Position numbers and translations under genes: made by a program. From Bacillota bacterium (GTDB taxonomy: Bacteria; Bacillota; Clostridia; Oscillospirales; Acutalibacteraceae), in assembly GCA_022706685.1 (NCBI GenBank), contig JAKJCA010000002.1:4459-68458 (forward strand): a stretch of DNA of 64,000 nt, in the 5' to 3' direction. The notes beneath the pieces were generated by a model, which saw nothing but the letters and a program-made list of their open reading frames with translations, was not told the DNA's origin and ran no database searches. Within the stretch, counting starts at the first letter, position 1; each line of letters starts with the position of its first letter. Shown one piece after another: positions 8,119-17,601 of the stretch.

Positions 8119-10284
8119 TCACGCCTGGTCGAGCACACGGAACAATTCCTCGAACGGGATGCCGCTGTCTTTTCCTTTTTCGACGAGGAGTTTGTTGTAA
8201 CGCGCAATCCAGTAGGGCATGATGATGTTGTACGACTCGTGCAGATGACGGCCCATGTGCCCCTGTCTGGCCTGGAAAAAGTTCGCGCCCGTGCTGCCGC
8301 GCTCGTCCATCGCCACGGCGTAGGGTTTTCCGCTGTCCGGATAGAACAGGAACCCCTCGTCCTCAACCGCATCCGGGCGTGTGGCGTTGTCGATAAGGAA
8401 CTCGCGCGAGTTGACGGGGTAGCGGCTGATCTGCCACCGGAGCATATCGAGGCAGGAGCGGCCGAATCCGTCGAACTGCTCCGCTTCGTTATGGATGACC
8501 TGGTAAATCAGCGACCATTCGATATCCCGCGCGTATTTTTCAAGTTCCCACCAGGAATCCGCGCCCTGCCGGTATTTCTCCAGCAGCACCGGGTCGGTTT
8601 CCAACTGCGAGAGGGTGTAGTACGAAACGGCGGCCATGCGCACGTCGGAGTAGTTCATGATCTTGACCACGCGGTTGAAAATTTCTTCCTCGTCGTTCTC
8701 GTCCTCGACGAGGTCCTTCGCGATGATACGGTAGCGTTCGAAATGCTCGCGCAGCAGGTCCGCGTAGCGGTACGGCTCTTCGAGCGCGAGTTTGCGGTAC
8801 TCGCGGTCCCATTCCTCGTCGCCGGTGATGTGGTGGGCGACCTTGTACAGCTGCAGCAGGATGGAAAGGCCCAGCGGCGCGTCCGGGAAGCCGTCGGAGT
8901 ACTCGTTCATGTAGTATTCGCGGTTCATCCTCGCCCAGGAGGTCGGCTGGCCGCCGGCGTCGGTGTGGCAGTAGTTGTTGTCGGTGAAATGCCTCGCGTG
9001 CCGCCGCACGACGGTCTTGATGATGTCCGCCAGTTCGGGGTCTTCCGGCCCGAGGATATCGTAGGCCAGGTGCCAGACCGCGTAATGGCCGACCAGTTCG
9101 TCATTGGAAGTGTCGCATTTATAGATGATGTCGTCGTCGCCCCAGGGTTTGCCGGTTTTTGGGTTCACTTCATCGGTGTACAGTTTTTTCAGCCGCGCGG
9201 GGATTTCCATGGAGCTGTCCACCGTCAGAAGGGGCGGGATGTCGTCCCCCTTGTCGGAGGTGGAAGGGATGCGCACGGACACCAGCTTGCCGTCGGGCGT
9301 GAACTTTTTGCGGAAAAACACGCCGTCGCCGAAGGGGACGGGGTCGTTCTCCGGGTCGTTGACATGGTAGGAGCGGGCGATGTAGCCCTCCACATTGCGG
9401 AAGACGATTTCCGGCATCCCCTGCGTTGCCCAGTCCTCCGGCCGGGCGGGGCCCACCTTGCTGACCACGCAGCCGACCGGTCCGTGGTCGGGCAGGTTGA
9501 TTTTATACTCCCTGCCTTCCAGCAGGAACTCGTCGCTCGCGCGGTTGGTGCCGGGCTTGTTGTAGCGGACGAAAGAAGCCACTTTCCCCTTCCAGCTTGG
9601 GATGCAGGCCAGCAGCAGGACAGCCTCCGTCCAGCGCGTCGCCGTTTCTTTCGCGCGCGCGATTTCTTCTTTCGTCGCCGAGGGGTCGTCCCTGAGCACC
9701 GCGTAGCGGCAGATGTCGCCCATGGCGACCAGCGAGGTCCATAGGCCGTCGTTGTCGGATTCACGGCCGACCCAGCGGCCGTTCTTCTGGTCCCAGCGCG
9801 CGCCGCTGAGCATGCCGCGGCGCTGCACATAGCGCATATCGACTTCCGAAAGGAAAACGGCCTTTTCCTTGGCGGACATCGCTTTCATCGCGATATGCGC
9901 CACGCTCGTCGCGGTCAGCACATACACGCCGCTGCCGCCGTCGCCGTACACCGCGAGCACCTCGTTGTCGAGCATATAGGCCGCCGCCCGGAAACACTGG
10001 ACGCGGTCGAGCGGCTCGGGTTCCTTTTCATTCACGCGCCAAAGCCCCTCGCGGGTGCCCAGCCAAAGGACGCCTTGCCCGTCCTCATACGCGCAGGTAA
10101 TCGTTTCCGGCGCCAGAAAATCCGGCAGGCGCGCGGCCTGGGCGGCGCTGAGCGGTGTTTTGGGCAGATTTTCCAGCCGCCGGACCAAATCCGGGTTGTC
10201 CCCGCGCGGCTGCCGGATGGCCAGGCGCTGCAGCGTCTCCCTGATTTCAAGCGGTTTGCCCTGATAATCCCTTTTCTGAGCCAT
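8119..10284 (-). CDS. Large cytoplasmic protein of unknown function (721 aa)
   Basis: Long ORF with an AAGGAGA SD and protein-like composition. I can assign no motif with confidence. The N-terminal GVLWLGTREGLWRV resembles a beta-propeller repeat. Confidence 0.6.
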   Translation of the reverse strand: MAQKRDYQGKPLEIRETLQRLAIRQPRGDNPDLVRRLENLPKTPLSAAQAARLPDFLAPETITCAYEDGQGVLWLGTREGLWRVNEKEPEPLDRVQCFRAAAYMLDNEVLAVYGDGGSGVYVLTATSVAHIAMKAMSAKEKAVFLSEVDMRYVQRRGMLSGARWDQKNGRWVGRESDNDGLWTSLVAMGDICRYAVLRDDPSATKEEIARAKETATRWTEAVLLLACIPSWKGKVASFVRYNKPGTNRASDEFLLEGREYKINLPDHGPVGCVVSKVGPARPEDWATQGMPEIVFRNVEGYIARSYHVNDPENDPVPFGDGVFFRKKFTPDGKLVSVRIPSTSDKGDDIPPLLTVDSSMEIPARLKKLYTDEVNPKTGKPWGDDDIIYKCDTSNDELVGHYAVWHLAYDILGPEDPELADIIKTVVRRHARHFTDNNYCHTDAGGQPTSWARMNREYYMNEYSDGFPDAPLGLSILLQLYKVAHHITGDEEWDREYRKLALEEPYRYADLLREHFERYRIIAKDLVEDENDEEEIFNRVVKIMNYSDVRMAAVSYYTLSQLETDPVLLEKYRQGADSWWELEKYARDIEWSLIYQVIHNEAEQFDGFGRSCLDMLRWQISRYPVNSREFLIDNATRPDAVEDEGFLFYPDSGKPYAVAMDERGSTGANFFQARQGHMGRHLHESYNIIMPYWIARYNKLLVEKGKDSGIPFEELFRVLDQA

Positions 10285-10376
10285 GGCGGTCTCCTTTTCT
10301 ATTCAGCGTGATTTTTGATTGGCGCGTCGTGTGCCCTCGCCGGGAGCGCGTTTTGCGCGGCCTTAATACGGCGTAT

Positions 10377-11684
10377 TCAGCCGTTGAAATCAAAGGCTCC
10401 CGGCTTATCGAAGGTCAGCGGATAATAAGCGATCACGGTCAAATCCGGCCGGTACAGCGCCGCGTATTCCGCGGCGGAACCCTCGTAATGCCTAAGGTCC
10501 AGAAGGCGGATTTCCGCGTTTGCGGCGAGGGCAAGAAATGGCAGGAACGCCGCGCAATAGGAATCCCCGATGATCAGCAGTTTTTTGTCCTGGGGCGCGT
10601 TCATGTTTTTGATGACCTTCAAACCGTGGTCCTCGCCGAGATAGTACATATAGCAGTTCTTGACGAACAGGTTGCCGTCTTGCAGATATTTCTGGTTGAC
10701 GAGGGTATCCTCAAAGCGGCCCCGTTTCTGGAAACTCGTGCTGCCCGACGTGTAGTAATAATAAAAATCGGTGTTTTCTTTCGGCAGCAGAACTTCGAAA
10801 TCGTCGAGCCCCGCGTAATGTTTGCCGACCCGCTTGCCCTGGCTGCCCAGCCAGGATTTTTGATAGACCGTGCGGGTAAAATTCGCCGGGTCGATGAGCC
10901 CCGCGTCGGCGGAAAACCCGAAATTTTTGTTGAGTTCGCCGCACATCTCCCCGGCGGCCCACAGACCGGTCGAGGGCAGCCAGTGGTGGTCCGTCCGGAA
11001 GAACAGCGCGTGGTAGTCAAGCCGCTGCTCCAGAATACGCTGGCGCAGATCGAAGGTCGCGACGCCCCTGGCCTCCAGCGCGCCGAGCAGGCCGCTGGCT
11101 TTTGCATTGGTATAATCTGCTACGCCCCGGGGCAGCTGCGGATCGAGGCTATTGATTTTAAAAGGCATCTGCACATAAAGCAGCCGCGAGCCCGAAGCGG
11201 CCAGCTGCGAGCCGAACGAGGCGATGGCCGCCGCGCTTGTCTGCGCGAAACCGCCGTCGGGCCGGGGGTCGATGAAGGTCAGGTAACCGTCGTCGAGCTT
11301 GATGACGCTTCTTTCGCCGCTGTTTTTTTCCTCCATAATGCGGTTGCCCATCGCGCGGTTGACCAGCCCGTGCAGGCTGATGAAATCCGTCCGGCGGAAA
11401 AGGTTCTCGTCCAGGCCGTTGAGTTTCTTACAAATGGCAAACGCCGCGGCTTTTGCCTTGGCCGCCGCGCCCGCGTTTGCGCCGGCGGTTTCGGCGTACA
11501 AAGTCAAAGTTTCCTGCCGGTTTACGTACAAACGCGCGCCGGTACCCGCGAGCACGACGAAAAGGAACGCGATGAAAACGACGGAAATGACGGCGTCCCT
11601 GTCGAACTTCAACTTCAAACGAGCACCTCCCGCGGTCGATGGGCCGGCCGGCGGCGCCGGCGCGAAACACCAAAGATTATACAT
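10377..11684 (-). CDS. DHHW-motif protein (AlgX/AlgJ-like SGNH fold, membrane-anchored)
   Basis: FFRTDHHW motif and an N-terminal TM segment (AVISVVFIAFLFVVLAG). The start is set at ATG 11684 (GGGGAGAGG SD) rather than the track start at 11834, which would overlap the divergent GH36 gene. Confidence 0.7.
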   Translation of the reverse strand: MYNLWCFAPAPPAGPSTAGGARLKLKFDRDAVISVVFIAFLFVVLAGTGARLYVNRQETLTLYAETAGANAGAAAKAKAAAFAICKKLNGLDENLFRRTDFISLHGLVNRAMGNRIMEEKNSGERSVIKLDDGYLTFIDPRPDGGFAQTSAAAIASFGSQLAASGSRLLYVQMPFKINSLDPQLPRGVADYTNAKASGLLGALEARGVATFDLRQRILEQRLDYHALFFRTDHHWLPSTGLWAAGEMCGELNKNFGFSADAGLIDPANFTRTVYQKSWLGSQGKRVGKHYAGLDDFEVLLPKENTDFYYYYTSGSTSFQKRGRFEDTLVNQKYLQDGNLFVKNCYMYYLGEDHGLKVIKNMNAPQDKKLLIIGDSYCAAFLPFLALAANAEIRLLDLRHYEGSAAEYAALYRPDLTVIAYYPLTFDKPGAFDFNG

Positions 11685-11818
11685 CAACGCCTCTCCCCAT
11701 TTCAATCGGAAGAAAACACGGGTTTTTCTCCGGAGACCCTTGCATTTTCGCCCCGCCGTATTTATTGTTAATGGAAGGCAAAACACCCGGGCGGCGTTGA
11801 CTGCGGCAAAGAACAACC

Positions 11819-13795
11819 ATGAAAGAAGGCGCATCCATGGAATGGGACGAAAACAGCCTGGCGTTCGGGCTGAGCTTCGATTACGGCGGCGAAAGTTTTC
11901 AAAGCCTGCTGCCCGGCGCGCAAACCGCGCGCGGGGGAACCGGCGGCGAAACGACGGTGGAAATCCGTCTGGGCAACCTGAAATTGACGCGTGTCATCAA
12001 GCGGTACCCCGCCTTCGACGCCGTCGAATGGGTGCACTGGTTTGAAAACACGGGCGAGGAACCGACCGGCGTCATCTCCGCGCTGTTTGACTGCGACGTG
12101 CGCGTCCCGTTTGAAAACGACGAACCGCGCGTGCCCGGTTACCGCGTCAAAGAGACCTCGAGCCGTGTTTACAGCGCCAAAGGATCCGTGCTGGCGCGCG
12201 ACGAGTTTTGCCCGAAAGCCGCTTATCTTGCGCCGGGGCAAACGCTCCGCTATGCCTGCGAGGGCGGCCGTTCCTCCAACGGCACCGCGCCGTTTTTCAA
12301 TGTCTGCCGCGAAAGGAAGGGCATTTATGTTGCTGTCGGCTGGTCGGGCCAGTGGCAGGCGTATTTCACGCGCGGGGACGGCTTCATCGGCATCCGGACG
12401 GGCATCGAAAACACCGGTTTCCGGCTCCTGCCCGGGGAAAAAATCAGGACATCGTCCGTGCTGCTGATGGGGTACGAAGGGGATCAGCCGCAGGGCCGCA
12501 ACCGGTTCCGGCGGCTGGTCAGGGAGCACTTTTCCCTTATCGGCAAACCCGGCAAGCCGGAAAACGGGCCGTTTTGCACGATGGTGTGGGGCGCTTTGCC
12601 CACCGCCGGGGTGATCGAAAGGCTTGAAAAATACAAACAGGAACGTTTCGGTTTCGAATATCTCTGGATGGACGCCGCCTGGTACGGCTCCCCTTCGGGT
12701 TACTGCCCCAGCGAGCACGTCGGCGACTGGGGAACCCAGACGGGCAACTGGGCCGTCAACACCAAAACACATCCCGACGGCTTGCTCGACGTCGCCGCCA
12801 AGGTCAAAGAGAACGGCATGAAGTTCCTGCTGTGGATTGAACCCGAGCGCGTCATCGCGTCCAACCCGACGCCGAGGGAGCACCCCGGCTGGTATTTCAA
12901 ACGCCGCGGCGACGACCGGGAAAACGCCACCTGGCTGCTCAACCTCGGCGACGAGGGGGCGTTCGAGGGGACGGCGGCGATGGTCGAACACTATATCGAA
13001 ACCCTCTCGCTGGGCTGTTACCGGCAGGATTTCAACACCGATCCGCTGCCCTATTGGCTTGACAACGACGAGCCGGAGCGCGCCGGCATCTGTGAGATCA
13101 AACACATCATGGGGCTGTACCGGCTTTGGGACCGTCTGCTTGAAAAATATCCGTCCCTCATCATCGACAACTGCGCCAGCGGCGGCAGACGCATCGACAT
13201 CGAAACGCTGCGCCGCTCGATACCCCTGTGGCGCAGCGACTACCAGTGCACCTGGGATTTCGACCCCGAAACATCCCAGACGCACAACATGGGCTTTTCC
13301 TCCTGGCTGCCGTTTACCGGTACGGGCACGGGCAAACTGTTCGGGGACGACTACCGTTTCCGCAGCAGTTACGCCGCGGCGCTGACGACCTCCTACTGGG
13401 GTTACGAGGGCTGGGAAATCAGCGACGGCCAGCCGCTGGAATGGGTGCGCCGCTCCAACGCGGAATACCTGCGCGCGAGGCCGTATTTTTCACGCGATTT
13501 CTATGCGCTGACCCCTCCGCCGATGGACGACTGTTCCTGGGCCGCCAGCCAGTATCACGACCCGGATAAAAACGCCGGGATCGTGCTGGCGTTCCGCAGG
13601 CCGCTGTGCCCGTGCGATTCGGCGGTTTTACGCCTCGAAGGGCTCGACGGCGCCGCCGCCTACCGTGTCGAAGACGCCGGCAGCGGCGAGGCGTTTGAAA
13701 CGGACGGGGCTTCCCTCGCCGCGGGCCTGCGCGTTTGCCTGCCCTGCCCGCGGTCGTCGAAACTGTATTTCTACTCGAAAATAACGGCGGAATAA
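11819..13795 (+). CDS. GH36-like alpha-galactosidase
   Basis: Blocks YLWMDAAWY and IDNCASGGRRID are typical of GH36. The alternative start ATG 11837 has the better SD (GAAAGAAGG). Confidence 0.75.
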   Translation: MKEGASMEWDENSLAFGLSFDYGGESFQSLLPGAQTARGGTGGETTVEIRLGNLKLTRVIKRYPAFDAVEWVHWFENTGEEPTGVISALFDCDVRVPFENDEPRVPGYRVKETSSRVYSAKGSVLARDEFCPKAAYLAPGQTLRYACEGGRSSNGTAPFFNVCRERKGIYVAVGWSGQWQAYFTRGDGFIGIRTGIENTGFRLLPGEKIRTSSVLLMGYEGDQPQGRNRFRRLVREHFSLIGKPGKPENGPFCTMVWGALPTAGVIERLEKYKQERFGFEYLWMDAAWYGSPSGYCPSEHVGDWGTQTGNWAVNTKTHPDGLLDVAAKVKENGMKFLLWIEPERVIASNPTPREHPGWYFKRRGDDRENATWLLNLGDEGAFEGTAAMVEHYIETLSLGCYRQDFNTDPLPYWLDNDEPERAGICEIKHIMGLYRLWDRLLEKYPSLIIDNCASGGRRIDIETLRRSIPLWRSDYQCTWDFDPETSQTHNMGFSSWLPFTGTGTGKLFGDDYRFRSSYAAALTTSYWGYEGWEISDGQPLEWVRRSNAEYLRARPYFSRDFYALTPPPMDDCSWAASQYHDPDKNAGIVLAFRRPLCPCDSAVLRLEGLDGAAAYRVEDAGSGEAFETDGASLAAGLRVCLPCPRSSKLYFYSKITAE

Positions 13796-13817
13796 TCCGC
13801 CGGTGAAAGGCCGAACC

Positions 13818-14678
13818 ATGCCGTATCTGATGCTTTTGTTTTCCACGGGCCTGATGATTGCCATCTGGCCCGTCAACCGCGCCGTAATGAAAAAAGGCGG
13901 CAGGGCCCCTAACATCGGCCTGGTGATCGGCCTTGCGGGCGCGCTGGCCGCGGCGGCGGCGGCCAAGATGAACGGGGAGACTTTTTTTCATCCCCGGGCG
14001 ATGTTCTACGGGGCGCTGGCCGGCGTGGCGTTTTCGCTGGGCTACTGCATGATTATCTTCCACTGCCTGAAAATCGGTCCTTCCGGCCCGACGGTCATGA
14101 TGAACAACCTGGGGATGGTCGCGCCGGTATTGCTCAATATCCTCTTTTTTCCGGGCGGGGCGAAACCCTCGGCGTTCGCGGGAGCCGGCCTGCTGCTGAG
14201 TCTTGCGGCGCTGATTTTAATGGCGTTCAACAGCGGTGCGGACGGCGGCAAACCCTCGATGAAATGGTTCGGCTGGGTGCTGCTGGGATTCTTTCTCTCC
14301 TGCGTGTCCATGGGGGCGCAGTATCTGGCCGCGAAGTCCGTGCCCAACCTGCCCTACTCCTACGCTTTTTACTGCCAGACGGTGACCTTCCTGATTCTGC
14401 TGGGCGTCTGCGCCGCGCGAAAGAGCGTTCTGCCCACGAAGATTGAGGCGCTCGCCGGCGTTTTCAGCGGCACGGTCGGCGTGCTCAACGCCGGGGTGCT
14501 GTTTTATCTGATTAAAAATATGCCGGGTTATATCGTTTTCCCCGTCGTGATGGTGACGCCGATTGTCGTGATGCTGATTCTGGGCCACGCCGTCTACCGG
14601 GAAAAACTCAACCGTTACGGGGTCTCCGCCTGCGCGGCCGGCCTGCTGGGCATCGTTCTGCTCAACGTCGTCCCCTGA
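13818..14678 (+). CDS. Polytopic membrane protein, DMT/EamA-like permease
   Basis: About 10 predicted hydrophobic helices. ATG 13818 is preceded by GAAAGG. It follows GH36 with an 8-nt gap to the track start. Confidence 0.55.
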   Translation: MPYLMLLFSTGLMIAIWPVNRAVMKKGGRAPNIGLVIGLAGALAAAAAAKMNGETFFHPRAMFYGALAGVAFSLGYCMIIFHCLKIGPSGPTVMMNNLGMVAPVLLNILFFPGGAKPSAFAGAGLLLSLAALILMAFNSGADGGKPSMKWFGWVLLGFFLSCVSMGAQYLAAKSVPNLPYSYAFYCQTVTFLILLGVCAARKSVLPTKIEALAGVFSGTVGVLNAGVLFYLIKNMPGYIVFPVVMVTPIVVMLILGHAVYREKLNRYGVSACAAGLLGIVLLNVVP

Positions 14679-14775
14679 CACGCGCATTTGCAATTCAGCC
14701 CGTTCGTGGTAAGATGGGACTGTAAACGGGCGGCGCCCGGCCGCCCGGCCGACCGGTTGAAAGGAGAAGGCTGTT

Positions 14776-15537
14776 ATGAAAAAGAACAGATTGTTTTCCT
14801 GCGCGGCCTGCCTTGCCGCGATGCTGGTGCTGCTGTCCGGCTGCGGCCCGTTTTCGCTGCTCGCCGGCAGGTTCCGGCGCGGCGGAACCACGACGCCGCC
14901 GACGAGCATCTCTTCCCTGACACAGGAAGAAACCACGGCTGCGCAAACGACTCAACAAACGCAGACAACGGCGCAGGGCACGCAGGCGCCCGCGGTGAAA
15001 GACCTGTACACCCTTGACGACACCAAAGCCCTCGACGCCGATTTCAGCGCGGGATTTCAAGTCAAAATCCCGATGATTGTTTCAGGCAAACCGGGCGCGG
15101 CGGCCGTCAACGCCGAGATGGAGGCCCTCAAGGCGAACATCCTCAGCGAGCGCGCCTCCGCCGGGGACCTTTCCGGTTACGACCGGCTCAACAGGGTATC
15201 GTACGAATATTATGCCGATAAGGGCGTTTTGTTCCTGTCGGTATCCACCCTGACGGCGTATTACCAGAGCGAGGCTGTCGCGGACAACCTTTACTATGCC
15301 TATGATTACGGCGCCGACCGGCGCCTTGCCGATACGGAAGTCGCCGCGCTGTTCGGTTTCGACGAAGCCGGCGTGGTCGCCGCCGTCAACGCGGCGCTGG
15401 CCGCGAGAGGCGCTTCCCCCGTTACGGGATTCGATAAAATCGACCTGTTTGTCAACGGCTCCGGCGTCTTTTGCGCGGATGCCAAAGTCGAGAGCATGCT
15501 GGGGGGAGAATACCCCGAAATCGTCGAACTCCAATAA
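14776..15537 (+). CDS. Lipoprotein of unknown function
   Basis: Signal peptide with lipobox LLSGC (MKKNRLFSCAACLAAMLVLLSGCG), a Thr/Gln-rich linker and a GAAAGGAGAAGG SD. Confidence 0.7.
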   Translation: MKKNRLFSCAACLAAMLVLLSGCGPFSLLAGRFRRGGTTTPPTSISSLTQEETTAAQTTQQTQTTAQGTQAPAVKDLYTLDDTKALDADFSAGFQVKIPMIVSGKPGAAAVNAEMEALKANILSERASAGDLSGYDRLNRVSYEYYADKGVLFLSVSTLTAYYQSEAVADNLYYAYDYGADRRLADTEVAALFGFDEAGVVAAVNAALAARGASPVTGFDKIDLFVNGSGVFCADAKVESMLGGEYPEIVELQ

Positions 15538-15548
15538 GGATCGAGTAT

Positions 15549-15573
15549 AAAAAAACCGCGGTTTCCCGCGGCG
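15549..15573 (-). terminator. Intrinsic terminator at the end of the V-ATPase operon
   Basis: On the minus strand: CCGCGG-GAAA-CCGCGG hairpin followed by TTTTTTT (15555-15549). Confidence 0.6.
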
Positions 15574-15586
15574 GAGGAAAAGGGCC

Positions 15587-16216
15587 TCAGCGCGTTGCGC
15601 CGGGGCCGTTTTCTTTTTTCCATTTAATAACTTTCAGCCGCGAGAACTCCTCGCGGTCCTTCTCCTCAAGGGCGTCGTTGATGCCTTTGATGGTCGAGTG
15701 AAGGTTCGGGATAATCACCTTGTCGAGCGCGTTGGTCCTCTTCTGGGTTTTTTTGATCGCGTCGGCCAGGCGGTAGACGTTGCTTTCCACCTGGGCGAGC
15801 TGCGCCGTCAGGACCTTGACCTCCTCAAACAGCAGGTACGCCTCGTCGAGGGTCGTATTGGTCAGGTCGAGCCCGTAATAGAGCTCCGGCCGCCTTTTTT
15901 CCAGCCGTACGGTCGGCAGTTCGACGCCCATCACGCTGCGGTAGTCGAGCGTCAGGCCCTTTTCGACGGGGATGGTTTTCGCCGGTTCGCCGCAAAAACC
16001 GATGGTCGCGTTCGCCCGTTCCAGCGCCTGGTAAGCCCTGGCGTAGATAAGCGCGATCTCGCGTTGTATGCTTTTCGCCCGGTCGATCAGCGTCATCATT
16101 TCCCGCACGAGAATACTGCGCTTGCGGTCCATCAGGTCATAGCCCAGGCGGGCCAGCCGCAGCGTGCGTTTGGCGTTGAGCAGGTTGTTTTTCGTCGGGA
16201 AAACCCTTTGCGGCAT
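15587..16216 (-). CDS. ntpD: V-type ATP synthase subunit D
   Basis: The N-terminus PTKNNLLNAKRTLRLARLGYDLMDRKRSILVREMM is characteristic of V/A-ATPase D. Operon context agrees. Confidence 0.9.
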   Translation of the reverse strand: MPQRVFPTKNNLLNAKRTLRLARLGYDLMDRKRSILVREMMTLIDRAKSIQREIALIYARAYQALERANATIGFCGEPAKTIPVEKGLTLDYRSVMGVELPTVRLEKRRPELYYGLDLTNTTLDEAYLLFEEVKVLTAQLAQVESNVYRLADAIKKTQKRTNALDKVIIPNLHSTIKGINDALEEKDREEFSRLKVIKWKKENGPGATR

Positions 16217-16227
16217 ACGAGGTCCCT

Positions 16228-17601
16228 TTACCCTTTGCCGGTATAGTGCTCGTCGAGCATCGCGTCGCTGACGCGCTCAAGCATTCTGCACGGCAGGACG
16301 CTCAGCAGCCGCCAGCCGAGGTCGAGCGTTTCGGTGACCGTTCTTCTCTCCTCCGCCCCCTGGTTGATGAACTGCTGCTCGAAGGCCCTGCCGAACTCCA
16401 TGAGCAGTTTGTCGTCGGGCGACAGCTCGTCCTCGCCGATAACCGAGGCGAGGCTGCGCGCCTCGAGCACCCGCGCGTAGCAGGAGAACAGCTGGTTGGC
16501 GACCGCGCTGTGGTCGTCCCTGGTATACCCTTCCCCGACGCCGTCTTTCATCAGCCGCGACAGGGAGGGCAGGATGCTGACCGGCGGATAGACGCCCGTG
16601 GAGTCGAGCGCGCGGTCGAGCACGATCTGCCCTTCGGTGATATAGCCCGTCAGGTCCGCGATCGGGTGGGTGATGTCGTCGTTGGGCATGGTCAGGATCG
16701 GAATCTGCGTGACAGAGCCCTTGCAGCCCTCGATGATGCCTGCCCTTTCGTAGATGGAGGCAAGGTCCGAATACAGATACCCGGGGAAGCCTTTTCTGCC
16801 GGGGATTTCGCCTTTGGAGGAGCTGAACTCCCGCAGCGCTTCGGCATAGGAGGTGATATCCGTCAGGATGACGAGGATATTCATCTGAAGTTCGAACGCG
16901 AGGTATTCCGCGGCGGTCAGCGCGCAGCGCGGCGTGATGATGCGCTCGATGATCGGGTCGTTGGAGAGGTTGAGGAACATCACCACTTTGTTCATGACCC
17001 CCGCCTCCTCAAACGAGCGGCGGAAATAGTCGGCGACGTCGTTTTTGACGCCCATCGCGGCGAACACGATGGCGAAATCCTCGCTTTCCGCGATAGAGGC
17101 CTGGCGGACGATCTGCACGGCCAGTTCGTTGTGCTTCATCCCGGAACCGGAGAAAATCGGCAGTTTCTGGCCGCGGATGAGCGTCGCGAGCCCGTCGATG
17201 GAGGAAATGCCCGTTTCGATGAAATTGCGCGGATAGACGCGCCGCACCGGGTTGATGGCGGAGCCGTTGATGTCCCTGCTGCACGAGGCGGCTGAAAAAC
17301 CCTTGCCGTCTATCGGGCGGCCGAGCCCGTCGAAAACCCTGCCGGTGATATCGGGCGACAGGCAAAGTTCGAGGGGCTTGCCCGTCAGGCGGGTCCGCGT
17401 GTTGACGCCGGAGATGCCCGACGTCCCCTCGAAGACCTGGATGGTGGCCAGTTTGCCGTCGATGCGGATAATGCGGCCGTGCCGGACGCTGCCGTCGTCT
17501 AGGCGGATTTCGACCAGTTCGTCGAAACCGGCGTTTTCCACATTGTCGATCACGACCAGCGAGCCGTTGATTCTTTCAAGGCCGATATATTCAAAAATCA
17601 T
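16228..17601 (-). CDS. ntpB: V-type ATP synthase subunit B
   Basis: 457 aa. Conserved blocks are ...PLELCLSPDITGRVFDGLGRPIDG..., SAINPV and GQKLPIFSGSGMKHNELA. Its start overlaps the stop of subunit A. Confidence 0.95.
   Translation of the reverse strand: MIFEYIGLERINGSLVVIDNVENAGFDELVEIRLDDGSVRHGRIIRIDGKLATIQVFEGTSGISGVNTRTRLTGKPLELCLSPDITGRVFDGLGRPIDGKGFSAASCSRDINGSAINPVRRVYPRNFIETGISSIDGLATLIRGQKLPIFSGSGMKHNELAVQIVRQASIAESEDFAIVFAAMGVKNDVADYFRRSFEEAGVMNKVVMFLNLSNDPIIERIITPRCALTAAEYLAFELQMNILVILTDITSYAEALREFSSSKGEIPGRKGFPGYLYSDLASIYERAGIIEGCKGSVTQIPILTMPNDDITHPIADLTGYITEGQIVLDRALDSTGVYPPVSILPSLSRLMKDGVGEGYTRDDHSAVANQLFSCYARVLEARSLASVIGEDELSPDDKLLMEFGRAFEQQFINQGAEERRTVTETLDLGWRLLSVLPCRMLERVSDAMLDEHYTGKG

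Noticed and set aside
6418-9744. Two very long plus-strand ORFs (550 aa at 6418-8070 and 557 aa at 8071-9744)
   Set aside because: They are antisense to three minus-strand genes that have SDs and recognisable motifs. Their translations are Arg/Gly/Ala/Val/Pro-rich and low-complexity, as expected for shadow ORFs in high-GC DNA.
11768-13285. 505-aa minus-strand ORF
   Set aside because: It is antisense to the GH36-like gene, which carries family motifs. Its composition is typical of a GC-rich shadow frame.
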